Source: a virus
Lineage: Duplodnaviria; Caudoviricetes
Virus record (IMG/VR): IMGVR_UViG_3300025912_000012
Location: 32,001 to 96,000 of that record
DNA length: 64,000 nucleotides
Reading direction: 5' to 3' (one strand)
Shown: piece after piece, positions 30,429 through 38,068 of the stretch
Layout of the letters: each line of letters opens with the position of its first letter
Numbering within the stretch: position 1 is the first letter of the stretch
Made by a program: the position numbers and the translations under genes
Notes under the pieces: model-generated
The model's input: only the letters and a program-made list of their open reading frames with translations
Told to the model about the DNA's origin: nothing
Database searches by the model: none

Positions 30429-30500
30429 GGGGAGATAGTTCAACGGTCAGAATTTCCGGCTCCAACCCGGAAGATGTGGGTTCGAATCCTACTCGCCCTG
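30429..30500 (+). tRNA. tRNA-Trp(CCA)
   Basis: cloverleaf, loop CT-CCA-AC, TTCGAAT. Confidence 0.9.
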
Positions 30501-30589
30501 CGTTACGCCTCTCGTACAGGCTTGCTAAATTGAAAACTACATCTTTTCAGTACAGGTCGGGGGACGGGTTGTGGTACCGTCCTCCGCAT

Positions 30590-30663
30590 GGGCTGCTAGC
30601 TCCAATTGGCAGAGCAACTCCTTTGCACGGAGAAGGCTATCGGTTCGAATCCGATGCGGTCCA
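30590..30663 (+). tRNA. tRNA-Ala(TGC)
   Basis: cloverleaf, G3:U70. Confidence 0.92.
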
Positions 30664-30664
30664 C

Positions 30665-30862
30665 GTGGCAGATAAGAAACTATCAGATGACCTGATTCGC
30701 TGGATCAGGACAGTCAATCTCCCCCAGCGGGTGGTTGCGCACCAGCTGAAACGTAATCACGGGATCACGGTTGACCAGTCACTGATATGGCAGATCAGGG
30801 CAGGCAAGAAATACGCAGACGTTTCAGCTGTCCCCCCGCTTGACACTCTCGGGGATAGCTGA
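30665..30862 (+). CDS. small HTH-like protein
   Basis: GTG after tRNA; PQRVVAHQL...VDQSLIWQIRAGK. Confidence 0.5.
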   Translation: MADKKLSDDLIRWIRTVNLPQRVVAHQLKRNHGITVDQSLIWQIRAGKKYADVSAVPPLDTLGDS

Positions 30863-30868
30863 TAGATT
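30840..30868 (+). promoter_or_regulatory. internal promoter
   Basis: TTGACA-17nt-TAGATT. Confidence 0.7.
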
Positions 30869-30928
30869 TCCTCTCGTTCCCCCGTTGACTTGCTCCTCAG
30901 GAGCACTCGGGGTTCTCGGGGGAACACA

Positions 30929-31002
30929 TGCCAGCTCGTCTAACGTAAGACACCCGTCCTGATAAGACGGGAGATGGTGATAGCGTAATTCACCGCTGGC
31001 CC
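30929..31002 (+). tRNA. atypical tRNA-Ile(GAT) with 9-nt T-loop
   Basis: CCGTC-CTGATAA-GACGG; T-arm GGTGA-TAGCGTAAT-TCACC. Confidence 0.7.
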
Positions 31003-31005
31003 TAT

Positions 31006-31078
31006 GGGGCTGTAGCTCAGCTGGCAGAGCACCTGCATGGCGTGCAGGGGGTCCGGGGTTCGAGTCCCCGTCGCTCCA
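31006..31078 (+). tRNA. tRNA-Ala(GGC)
   Basis: cloverleaf, AT-GGC-GT. Confidence 0.92.
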
Positions 31079-31239
31079 CGCAAAAGCGAAGGAGAAAAGA
31101 ATGGCTAAGAGCAGGGTCAGGAAATGGCTAGGGACTGACGTATCGCTCCGCAAGGCAATGATCTTCATGGTGTTCGTGATGGTTGCCTTGTTCTTGCTCG
31201 CGGTATTCGGGGTGATACAGCCCAGCAAGTAGTGTTAAT

Positions 31240-31272
31240 CAGGATCGAGGAAGACGGTAATCTGCCGCGTGG
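31240..31272 (+). pseudogene. probable 5' half of a tRNA-Pro truncated at the anticodon loop
   Basis: CAGGATC-GA-GGA-AGACGGTAA-TCT-G-CCGCG-T directly before the endonuclease start; no 3' half seen. Confidence 0.45.
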
Positions 31273-31274
31273 AG

Positions 31275-31772
31275 ATGGACACTCACCTGAAGGGCGAGTT
31301 CGCTGTCCTGAAGGTCTTGATGCGAGCGGTAGAAAAAGGCTGGATAGCTAGTCGTCCGACCCGAGAGTGCCGATACGATCTAGTGCTAGATGATAAGGTT
31401 AAGCTCTATCGAGTTCAAGTTAAGTATGCTAATCGGCTAGCATCTCACACTAAAGGAGCGATTCATCTAGCTCTTACGCAAAGTGGAATAAGAAAAAAGA
31501 ATCCCTACCTAGATAGCGAAGTGGATGCACTAATTGTCTACATCGCACCAGCAGACATGTTGATCTGGCTAGAGACAAGTCATTTCCACAAGAAACGACA
31601 GCTCCATATTAGATATGAACCAGGCAAAAATAAGCAGAGGCAGGGAATTCTTCTTGCTGAGAATTACATTTGGTTAGCGGCTTATAGTGTAAGGGTAAGC
31701 GCGCTGGTCTCGGGGACCAGCAGACCAGGTTCGAGTCCTGGTAAGCCGACTAGGCAAGCCACGTGCCTTTAG
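31275..31772 (+). CDS. PD-(D/E)XK homing-type endonuclease (PDDEXK_5-like)
   Basis: KGEFAV..V, RYDLVLD, RVQVKY, EVDALIVY; AT-rich codons. Confidence 0.85.
   Translation: MDTHLKGEFAVLKVLMRAVEKGWIASRPTRECRYDLVLDDKVKLYRVQVKYANRLASHTKGAIHLALTQSGIRKKNPYLDSEVDALIVYIAPADMLIWLETSHFHKKRQLHIRYEPGKNKQRQGILLAENYIWLAAYSVRVSALVSGTSRPGSSPGKPTRQATCL
31678..31749 (+). tRNA. tRNA-Pro(CGG)
   Basis: cloverleaf nested in the 3' end of the endonuclease ORF. Confidence 0.9.
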
Positions 31773-31817
31773 CTGCCACCCTTGCTAGCAGGTTGAACGG
31801 GCAGCATGTGGCACCAT

Positions 31818-31888
31818 CCGGATGTAGTGAAGGGGTAAAACGCCAGCCCTGGGAGCTGGAGTCGGAGGTTCGAATCCTCCCATCTGGA
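31818..31888 (+). tRNA. tRNA-Pro(TGG)
   Basis: CCAGC-CCTGGGA-GCTGG. Confidence 0.9.
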
Positions 31889-31890
31889 CG

Positions 31891-32085
31891 CAGCTGAGTT
31901 CTCCCCCCTGTAAGTTCAGCTGTAATATGATGCGCATGAAAAGATCAGTATCCCGGGCGACTCAGTGGAGACTGGAAACGGTCTGTTGAGGCTCAGAGAT
32001 ACAGGCTACAGGCACTGCGCTGCCCTGGTAGTCCGAATGTCCCACTCCCCTTGCCTCCCCCTGCCCGGGGGTGCAGGGGGGGTGT
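31891..32085 (+). ncRNA. putative structured RNA
   Basis: CAGCTGA hairpin, long GAAA-tetraloop hairpin (GTATC...GATAC), C/G hairpin; no convincing ORF. Confidence 0.4.
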
Positions 32086-32087
32086 AT

Positions 32088-32159
32088 GCCTCCCTAGCTG
32101 AGATGGATTAGCTACCGGTTGAAGCCCGGTGTAGGCAGGCTCGATACCTGCGGGTGGCA
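32088..32159 (+). tRNA. tRNA-Phe(GAA)
   Basis: ACCGG-TTGAAGC-CCGGT. Confidence 0.88.
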
Positions 32160-32160
32160 C

Positions 32161-32332
32161 GAAGCACGCTGCTGATGACTGGCGGCAGGCGTGTTTCCCC
32201 GCTGAGGATCCGTGTCCTCGGCAAACCCCCTCCGTTGAGTCCGCGTCCTTTTCCTTCCTGCGCGGATTCCGGGGGGATCGGGAGGAGGGACGGGCGGTTT
32301 CTGTCCGGTTGCTTGCCTGTCCCTCCTCCTCC
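32161..32332 (+). ncRNA. putative multi-hairpin small RNA
   Basis: four consecutive GC-rich hairpins, one with loop TCCTTTTCCTTCCT. Confidence 0.5.
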
Positions 32333-32382
32333 AGGGTCGTGTAGTGCTGGCTAGGTAGTTCCTGGTTTAATATCCTGATAGA

Positions 32383-32700
32383 GTGCCTACCACTCCTGCG
32401 CAACAAAAACACTATCAGGAGAATCGTGAACGCTACATTGCCCAAGCAGCTCAACGCAGGGCAATGCTGGCGAAAATGGTACGCGAAGCAAAAGATAAAC
32501 CTTGCGCAGATTGCCAGGAGAAATTTCCTTACTACGTAATGGATTTTGATCACGTAAGAGGTAAGAAGATAGCAGCTATAAGTAGATTGATTAACAAAGG
32601 AAGTCTTTCTGCTCTTTTGGCAGAGATGGAAAAGTGTGATGTGGTGTGCGCTAATTGTCACCGCATTCGTACTTGGAGTTATCTTGCGGATGTAGCTTAG
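32383..32700 (+). CDS. HNH endonuclease
   Basis: CADC, DFDHV, EMEKCDVVCANCHRIRT. Confidence 0.9.
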   Translation: MPTTPAQQKHYQENRERYIAQAAQRRAMLAKMVREAKDKPCADCQEKFPYYVMDFDHVRGKKIAAISRLINKGSLSALLAEMEKCDVVCANCHRIRTWSYLADVA

Positions 32701-32759
32701 TGGTAAAGCCCTTGCCTTCCAAGCAAGCCACGCCGGTTCAATTCCGGTCATCCGTTCCA
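32686..32759 (+). tRNA. tRNA-Gly(TCC)
   Basis: cloverleaf with encoded CCA. Confidence 0.93.
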
Positions 32760-32831
32760 GGTTATAGTTCAGCTTGGTAGAACGCTAGCTCGGGGAGCTA
32801 GAGGTCGCAGGTTCGAATCCTGCTAGCCTGA
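32758..32831 (+). tRNA. tRNA-Pro(GGG)
   Basis: CTAGC-TCGGGGA-GCTAG. Confidence 0.92.
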
Positions 32832-33055
32832 CGTGTTTAAGAAAAGAACAAGGCGCATGCCTAAGAGAATAATCAAGAGAAGAGCAAAGCGACTGGGGAA
32901 AACCCGGTTCGACTGTCCGCGATGCCTTTCCGTGGTCCCCTGCGAAGGATGCAAAAGGGGGTCGGAAGGGCGAAACTAGAGGAGAATTGTCATGCGAAAG
33001 CCTAAGCAGCCCCGGTTGAGGCGGAGCCGAAACAGGCTCCCCCGAAAGCTTTGAT

Positions 33056-33128
33056 GCTCCGGTAGCTCAGTGGCTAGAGCAGGCGGCTCTTAACCGTCGT
33101 GTCGTGGGTTCGATCCCCACTCGGAGTA
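33056..33128 (+). tRNA. tRNA-Lys(CTT)
   Basis: cloverleaf. Confidence 0.93.
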
Positions 33129-33291
33129 CGTAAGGAGAATGATGAGATATGTGCTCATATACAGGATGGTGCGACTGCCGCTGCCGCCCTTGCCTTAACG
33201 GGAAGCATCATAAGAGGCACACGAGACAGTGCCACAAGAATTGCTAGGAGAAAATCATGGGGACTAAACAGAACCTGACTTCGGGCATCAT

Positions 33292-33364
33292 GCTCCGATA
33301 GCTCAGTGGAAGAGCGGTGGGCTTTTAACCCGCGTCGTCCTCGGTTCGAACCCGAGTCGGAGTA
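33292..33364 (+). tRNA. tRNA-Lys(TTT)
   Basis: cloverleaf. Confidence 0.93.
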
Positions 33365-33366
33365 CT

Positions 33367-33507
33367 ATGAGAAAGCAATGTGATCGCTGTAACGGCGATA
33401 AGTTCATGAAAGACGAGGACGGAGAGTTTATCCTCGATGAGAACGGGGAGAAAATCCCTTGCACATTGTGTCTCGGGAGAGGTTATATTACTATCAGTTT
33501 TATGTAA
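33367..33507 (+). CDS. DnaJ-type zinc-finger microprotein
   Basis: CDRCNGDK...CTLCLGRG. Confidence 0.6.
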   Translation: MRKQCDRCNGDKFMKDEDGEFILDENGEKIPCTLCLGRGYITISFM

Positions 33508-33582
33508 GGGCGACTGAAGGGAACTGGCATACCTGGCTAGCTCAAACCTAGTCGTTTCCCGGTTCAAATCCGGGGTCGCCTA
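33508..33582 (+). tRNA. tRNA-Leu(CAA), short variable loop
   Basis: GCTAG-CTCAAAC-CTAGT. Confidence 0.88.
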
Positions 33583-33601
33583 CGCAAAAGAGGAAAACGT
33601 C

Positions 33602-33688
33602 TTGAAAAATATATGCTGCGGGGTTTGCTGGAGGTTCTTTTCAAATAAAGAAATACGAGCGCACATGAGAATTCATGCAAAAAAGTAA
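33602..33688 (+). CDS. C2H2 zinc-finger microprotein
   Basis: GAGGA RBS, TTG start; CGVC.RFF.....AHMRIH. Confidence 0.6.
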   Translation: MKNICCGVCWRFFSNKEIRAHMRIHAKK

Positions 33689-33693
33689 TACAA

Positions 33694-33764
33694 TTCCGGA
33701 TCGTTCAACGGCAGGATGCTAGGCTCTGAACCTGGTGATGTTGGTTCGAATCCAGCTCCGGAAG
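33694..33764 (+). tRNA. tRNA-Gln(CTG)
   Basis: cloverleaf. Confidence 0.92.
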
Positions 33765-33843
33765 CGCAACAGATCGCAGGCGTGGCTGTCTTGCGACTGG
33801 AGAGAGAAACGGTGCGCCAGCTGGCTTACGCCTCTCTCGGCAT

Positions 33844-33914
33844 GCCCCTGTAGCATAATGGCAGTGCACCGCACTCGTAATGCGGCAGTCCCTGGTCAGT
33901 ACAGGGCTGGGGCT
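33844..33914 (+). tRNA. tRNA-Thr(CGT), atypical T-loop
   Basis: CCGCA-CTCGTAA-TGCGG; T-loop GTCAGTA. Confidence 0.82.
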
Positions 33915-33986
33915 CTAGCGACGGGCTTGATGTGCGGCTTAGCGCCGTGACGGGAGTAGCGATCCTGTGTCGTGAAATTCGCCCAT

Positions 33987-34071
33987 GCGCTTGTGGCGGA
34001 ACGGTATACGCGCTAGCTTGAGGTGCTAGTGGTCCGCAAGGGCTGTGCAGGTTCAAATCCTGTCAGGCGCA
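33987..34071 (+). tRNA. tRNA-Leu(GAG)
   Basis: cloverleaf with long variable arm. Confidence 0.93.
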
Positions 34072-34185
34072 CGTAAGGAAAGGGAAAAGAATGAGATGCC
34101 CTCGATGCACGGGAATGCCAAAGGCTGCTTGTATCTGTAAAAGAAAATGCAGGTCTCGGCACTGCCTGTTCCCGTTTTAAAGCAT

Positions 34186-34257
34186 GCCGGATTAGCTCAG
34201 TGGTAGCAGCTACCCCCTTGTAAGGGGAAGACATCAGTTCGATTCTGTTATCCGGCT
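34186..34257 (+). tRNA. tRNA-Thr(TGT)
   Basis: cloverleaf. Confidence 0.88.
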
Positions 34258-34415
34258 CTGGAGGGGGAATGTGAGAGCAAAACGAACTCCTGCGGAAAGA
34301 AAAGAATTGAGAAAGCATCAAGGGTGGGTTACCTGCCCCGATTGCCTGCGGAGAATGTACTGGGTTATTTTCAAGCCGCGAAGATGTCGTTACTGTGGAG
34401 AGAGGCTGACTTAAA

Positions 34416-34652
34416 ATGGATTTCAGCGATGCTCTGCGAGCGATGAAAGACGGAAAGAAAGTCCAGCGGGGAATCTGGAAAAACCAGGCAGTCTTCGGTC
34501 GATTTGACCCGTGGGCGGAAATAGAACAACCCGCACCAGGCTGGGCAAAGATAGTAGTAATAAAAAGCAACGACCCGGGAGTCCCGAACCGCGCAGCTAC
34601 GCTATCGCAATGGGATGTTGTCGAGGCGGATGACTGGGAAATCGTAGAATAG
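34416..34652 (+). CDS. DUF2829 / Tad2-like protein
   Basis: MDFSDALRAMKDGKKVQRGIW...SQWDVVEADDWEIV. Confidence 0.7.
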   Translation: MDFSDALRAMKDGKKVQRGIWKNQAVFGRFDPWAEIEQPAPGWAKIVVIKSNDPGVPNRAATLSQWDVVEADDWEIVE

Positions 34653-34657
34653 CTTAA

Positions 34658-34729
34658 TGCGGAGTGGGGTAATGGCAACCCGAGAGTTTTTGGCACTCTG
34701 AGATGCGCGTTCGAGTCGCGCCTCCGCAG
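34658..34729 (+). tRNA. tRNA-Gln(TTG)
   Basis: cloverleaf. Confidence 0.9.
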
Positions 34730-34740
34730 CAGGAGGAATC

Positions 34741-35028
34741 ATGGAAATCGTAGAGATAAAGAGCACCAGTTACCCTAACGCAGCGGAACTCCCTAACAAG
34801 TCAGGGCGTCCCATCGCAAAGCGCCAGGGATCTCCTGGCGGTAACTCCAGGATGGAAAAGCACCGCTCCGGATCGTACATGCCCCGCCTGGGTGGCAGGC
34901 TGCTCACGGAACAGCAGAAGTCTGACCGGGACGCTACCGCGTCAGGTAAGATGATCCTGATCATCATCGCGGGAAAGAAGCGCAGATTCATTCGCGAAAA
35001 GGATTACCTTGAAGGGAGGTACTTCTGA
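34741..35028 (+). CDS. basic hypothetical protein
   Basis: AGGAGG RBS. Confidence 0.65.
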   Translation: MEIVEIKSTSYPNAAELPNKSGRPIAKRQGSPGGNSRMEKHRSGSYMPRLGGRLLTEQQKSDRDATASGKMILIIIAGKKRRFIREKDYLEGRYF

Positions 35029-35399
35029 TGAGGGGTGTCGGAGGTAACTAATGCCAGAGGGCAGGCTGGTCCCGGACAGGGACTGGGAAGGGAATTTCAC
35101 CGGGGTGCTGGTGTGTGTCAGCTGCCTGGGATGGAACTGCCAGCACGCACGCGGCGAGATTTGCGACATCCGCAACTGCGGGTGTAAGCTAGGATACTAC
35201 GTCAGTCCGATCACACCGACCCCCCAGTCGTTAAACGGGATACCATGTGGCATATATGCTCCTGTAACGCCTACGCTTGCATCTGCCAGGCTGCACTGAG
35301 GGAAAACTACAGGGATTGTTTCGACTGCTGGGCTGGGTACCACTGGTACAAGCAGGAGAAAAAGAAGAAAAAGTACGAGGTCCCCGCATAGGGGACTGT

Positions 35400-35472
35400 G
35401 CCCGCTTAGTGATAACGGTAAGCACACTGCCTTGGTAAGGCAGGGGTCGGAGTTCAATTCTCCGGGTGGGCT
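35400..35472 (+). tRNA. tRNA-Thr(GGT)
   Basis: cloverleaf. Confidence 0.92.
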
Positions 35473-35473
35473 C

Positions 35474-35549
35474 GTGGCCGTGGTGTCAGCGGTTAGCATC
35501 TGACCTTGCCAAGGTTAGGGGGCGAGTTCGAATCTCGTCGGTCACTCCA
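35474..35549 (+). tRNA. tRNA-Gly(GCC)
   Basis: cloverleaf with CCA. Confidence 0.92.
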
Positions 35550-35663
35550 GGAGTAAGGAAATCAGGGTTGATTCACCCACGGAGCCCTGGTTTCTCCTGC
35601 GGGAGGACGTGAGGTTGCAGGTATCAACCGGTGAAACCTGGTAATTTGCGTCTCTCTCGTGAT

Positions 35664-35734
35664 GCGAGTGTAGCTCAATGGCAGAGTTCTAGCTTCCCAA
35701 GCTAGATACGCGGGTCCGATTCCCGTCACTCGCT
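35664..35734 (+). tRNA. tRNA-Gly(CCC)
   Basis: cloverleaf. Confidence 0.9.
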
Positions 35735-35763
35735 CGAAAAAGAAAAGAACAGAATGGGATGCA

Positions 35764-36234
35764 ATGCGCAAGCTACTGGTTATTGTCGCGATAATCCTGG
35801 TAGGGATGGCGTACGCGGGGGACAAGAAAGTCCTCCATAAGGGAGGTTATCACGCCTCTCGCTCAGCAAGACAGGCAATCTCGTACGCGAGGGCTCAGCT
35901 GGGGAAACCGTACCTGTGGGGAGCGCAAGGACCGAATGCGTTCGACTGCTCAGGACTGACGTACAGGGCATGGAGGCTCCCCTCATCTCAGCGGACATCT
36001 GAGCAGCAGTGGAGTGCACAGCAGCACGTATCTCACCCTCACCCGGGGGACCTGGTATACTTTCGCGGGGTCCTCGTAGGGGGCGAATCTCCTCCTGGGC
36101 ACGTCGGGATCGTCATCGGGAAAAACAAGATGATCGACGGGTACGGGAGTGGTACGGTAATGAGGATCGAGTCGTTCGGGAAGGCTAGCTCAGCTCCCGG
36201 ACTGCAGGAAGTGATGGGTTTCACCCGTCCGTGA
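35764..36234 (+). CDS. secreted NlpC/P60 peptidase
   Basis: QLGKPYLWGA.GP.AFDCSGL, PGDLVYF, GHVGI. Confidence 0.93.
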   Translation: MRKLLVIVAIILVGMAYAGDKKVLHKGGYHASRSARQAISYARAQLGKPYLWGAQGPNAFDCSGLTYRAWRLPSSQRTSEQQWSAQQHVSHPHPGDLVYFRGVLVGGESPPGHVGIVIGKNKMIDGYGSGTVMRIESFGKASSAPGLQEVMGFTRP

Positions 36235-36243
36235 GGGCGGTAT

Positions 36244-36328
36244 GCGCTGGTGGTGGAATGGCAGACACGCTGGACTCAGAATCCAGTGATCCGGAAGGGT
36301 CGTGAGAGTTCAAATCTCTCTCAGCGTA
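36244..36328 (+). tRNA. tRNA-Leu(CAG)
   Basis: cloverleaf with long variable arm. Confidence 0.93.
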
Positions 36329-36343
36329 CGGAAGGGAAAAGAA

Positions 36344-36760
36344 ATGGGAAACGTCAAGCAGGTCATCGTTATACGGAAAGACCTGAAAATGCGCCGGGGT
36401 AAGGAAATAGCACAGGGTGCGCATGCCTCGATAGCATTCCTGACTCATCAGATTGAAAGACTCGGGGGTGCAAGCAAACTACACCCGCAGGACGATAAGC
36501 TGTTTGCCTGCGCGTTCATCACCCAGGCTGAATCTGACTGGATCCGGGGGAATTTCCGTAAGATATGCTGCATCGTGAACAGCGAGGAAGAACTGCTCGC
36601 GCTTGTCGAGAAGGCGAAAGCGGCACAGGTTACCTGTGAGCTGATCCAGGATGCGGGGCTTACCGAATTCGGAGGGACTCCTACGTATACCGCAGCCGCG
36701 TTCGGACCGGACTATGATGAGAACCTGGACCCGATCACCGGAGACCTGGTGCTATACTGA
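36344..36760 (+). CDS. pth2: peptidyl-tRNA hydrolase, Pth2 family
   Basis: KQVIVIRKDLKMRRGKEIAQGAHAS, IQDAGLTEF, FGP, ITGDL.L. Confidence 0.95.
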   Translation: MGNVKQVIVIRKDLKMRRGKEIAQGAHASIAFLTHQIERLGGASKLHPQDDKLFACAFITQAESDWIRGNFRKICCIVNSEEELLALVEKAKAAQVTCELIQDAGLTEFGGTPTYTAAAFGPDYDENLDPITGDLVLY

Positions 36761-36916
36761 TTTCCTGAGAGGGGGGTTGGGTATGGCAAAGCTGCACGCA
36801 CGTCCTAGTAATCAGTATCGGTACGAGCATTACGACCCTTGGAGTTGAAAGACACGGGACAGTGGCTACCGCGTTCCCGTGAGCCCGGACTATCCTGGGG
36901 TAGAGCGGTGGCACCT

Positions 36917-37001
36917 GGAGGATGAACCGGACAGGCGTGCCGGGCTCCGTTGCTAGCGGATGCGCAGGTGATACTGTGGCTTTCGAATAGTCCGTCCTCC
37001 G
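36917..37001 (+). tRNA. (8/4) tRNA-Ser(GCT)
   Basis: 8-bp acceptor GGAGGATG/CGTCCTCC, 4-bp T-stem. Confidence 0.88.
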
Positions 37002-37125
37002 CGTGATTAAGAGAATGATCATGTGCACCGGATGCCTGAAGCTAGCCCCGTATGGTAAGGTTTTCTGTCCGCATTGCGGAAAGCCCCTGACGAACGGCGG
37101 GGGCGGGAACTGAAAAGGGAAAAGA

Positions 37126-37386
37126 ATGGGATTCGCGATATTCGTACTGCTGATGATCGGGCTTGTCGCTTTCCTTTCGAGGAAGGCGCTGTTCCGCAAG
37201 AGGGTGGTACGCAGGCTGAGTGATGACCGGCAGCTCTACGAGAGTTCTCGTGTTCCCGTCACCGGTCCGTGCGCCTGCGGAAAGCCCAGGTGCCCCTATA
37301 AGGGTAAGAAGCATCCTCCGCAGACTACCCCTGGTCGGCATGCTCACAAGGTTCACAGGGTGGAGCAGCTGAGGAAAAAGAAGTAA
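37126..37386 (+). CDS. membrane-anchored hypothetical protein
   Basis: N-terminal TM segment, CACGKPRC. Confidence 0.6.
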   Translation: MGFAIFVLLMIGLVAFLSRKALFRKRVVRRLSDDRQLYESSRVPVTGPCACGKPRCPYKGKKHPPQTTPGRHAHKVHRVEQLRKKK

Positions 37387-37391
37387 AGCAC

Positions 37392-37476
37392 GGAGGATGA
37401 ACCCGTCAGGGTACGGGCACTCGCTGGAAACGAGTTGAGCCTACGGGTTACGGTTCGAGTCCGTCGTCCTCTTCCA
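37392..37476 (+). tRNA. (8/4) tRNA-Ser(GGA)
   Basis: 8-bp acceptor, ACGG/CCGT T-stem, CCA. Confidence 0.9.
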
Positions 37477-37477
37477 T

Positions 37478-37565
37478 GGAGAGTGAACCTGCCAGGGAGC
37501 AGGCGCTGCCTCGAAAACAGCTGGGTGTCCTGTGAGACACTGGGGCTCGGGACCTCCGCTCTCCG
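37478..37565 (+). tRNA. (8/4) tRNA-Ser(CGA)
   Basis: GGAGAGTG/CGCTCTCC, GGGG/CCTC. Confidence 0.85.
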
Positions 37566-37975
37566 CATGGAAACGCAGTACACTCATTACACGAAGAACT
37601 GGGCGAACGTCACGGCATGCAATAAACCTGTCCGTCAGGTCATGTACGTCAGCCATCACGCCAGGATGGTGACGTGCCCTTTCTGTAAGACGAAACTCTG
37701 AAAGGAAACGAAATGAAAAAGTGCAGGTTCTGCGGTGAGGATCTTTACCGGGAGGGACGCTACTGGACGACGAAGCAGTACAGTACGATACCGGCTTCGA
37801 TCGTCTGCCAGTCACCGAAATCCCCGAATTACCGGCATTCTCCGAAGTAACGGGAGCTACCGACATGGCAGTGTACGCAAAAGAATGCGGGAATAAGCAA
37901 CACGGGAAGTGCGGTATCTGCGGAGGATGCAAGGTCTCAAGTTGCCGCTCACGCGGATGCTGGGGCTGTTTCTGA

Positions 37976-38057
37976 CGGGAGCATGCTACCGGCGTAGCAC
38001 CCTGCCTTGAAAGCAGGGACAGGGTAACTCCTGGGGGATCGACACCTCTGCTCTCGG
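37976..38057 (+). tRNA. (8/4) tRNA-Ser(TGA)
   Basis: CGGGAGCA/TGCTCTCG, GGGG/CCTC. Confidence 0.85.
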
Positions 38058-38068
38058 CGTAAACACAT

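Noticed and set aside
31779-31795. CTAG hairpin as an amber-suppressor or Leu(TAG) anticodon arm
   Set aside because: No 7-nt loop or cloverleaf context; TAG is used as a normal stop in this genome
32170-32197. CTGATGA hammerhead-like core after tRNA-Phe
   Set aside because: No GAAA follows the putative stem II, so the core is incomplete
31993-32751. Long minus-strand ORFs across the tRNA array (also 34013-34696)
   Set aside because: Reverse-complement translations of tRNA genes (GIEPA-type peptides)
33918-33985. Multi-stem spacer resembling a hammerhead ribozyme
   Set aside because: TTGATGT is not CUGANGA and the GAAA is misplaced
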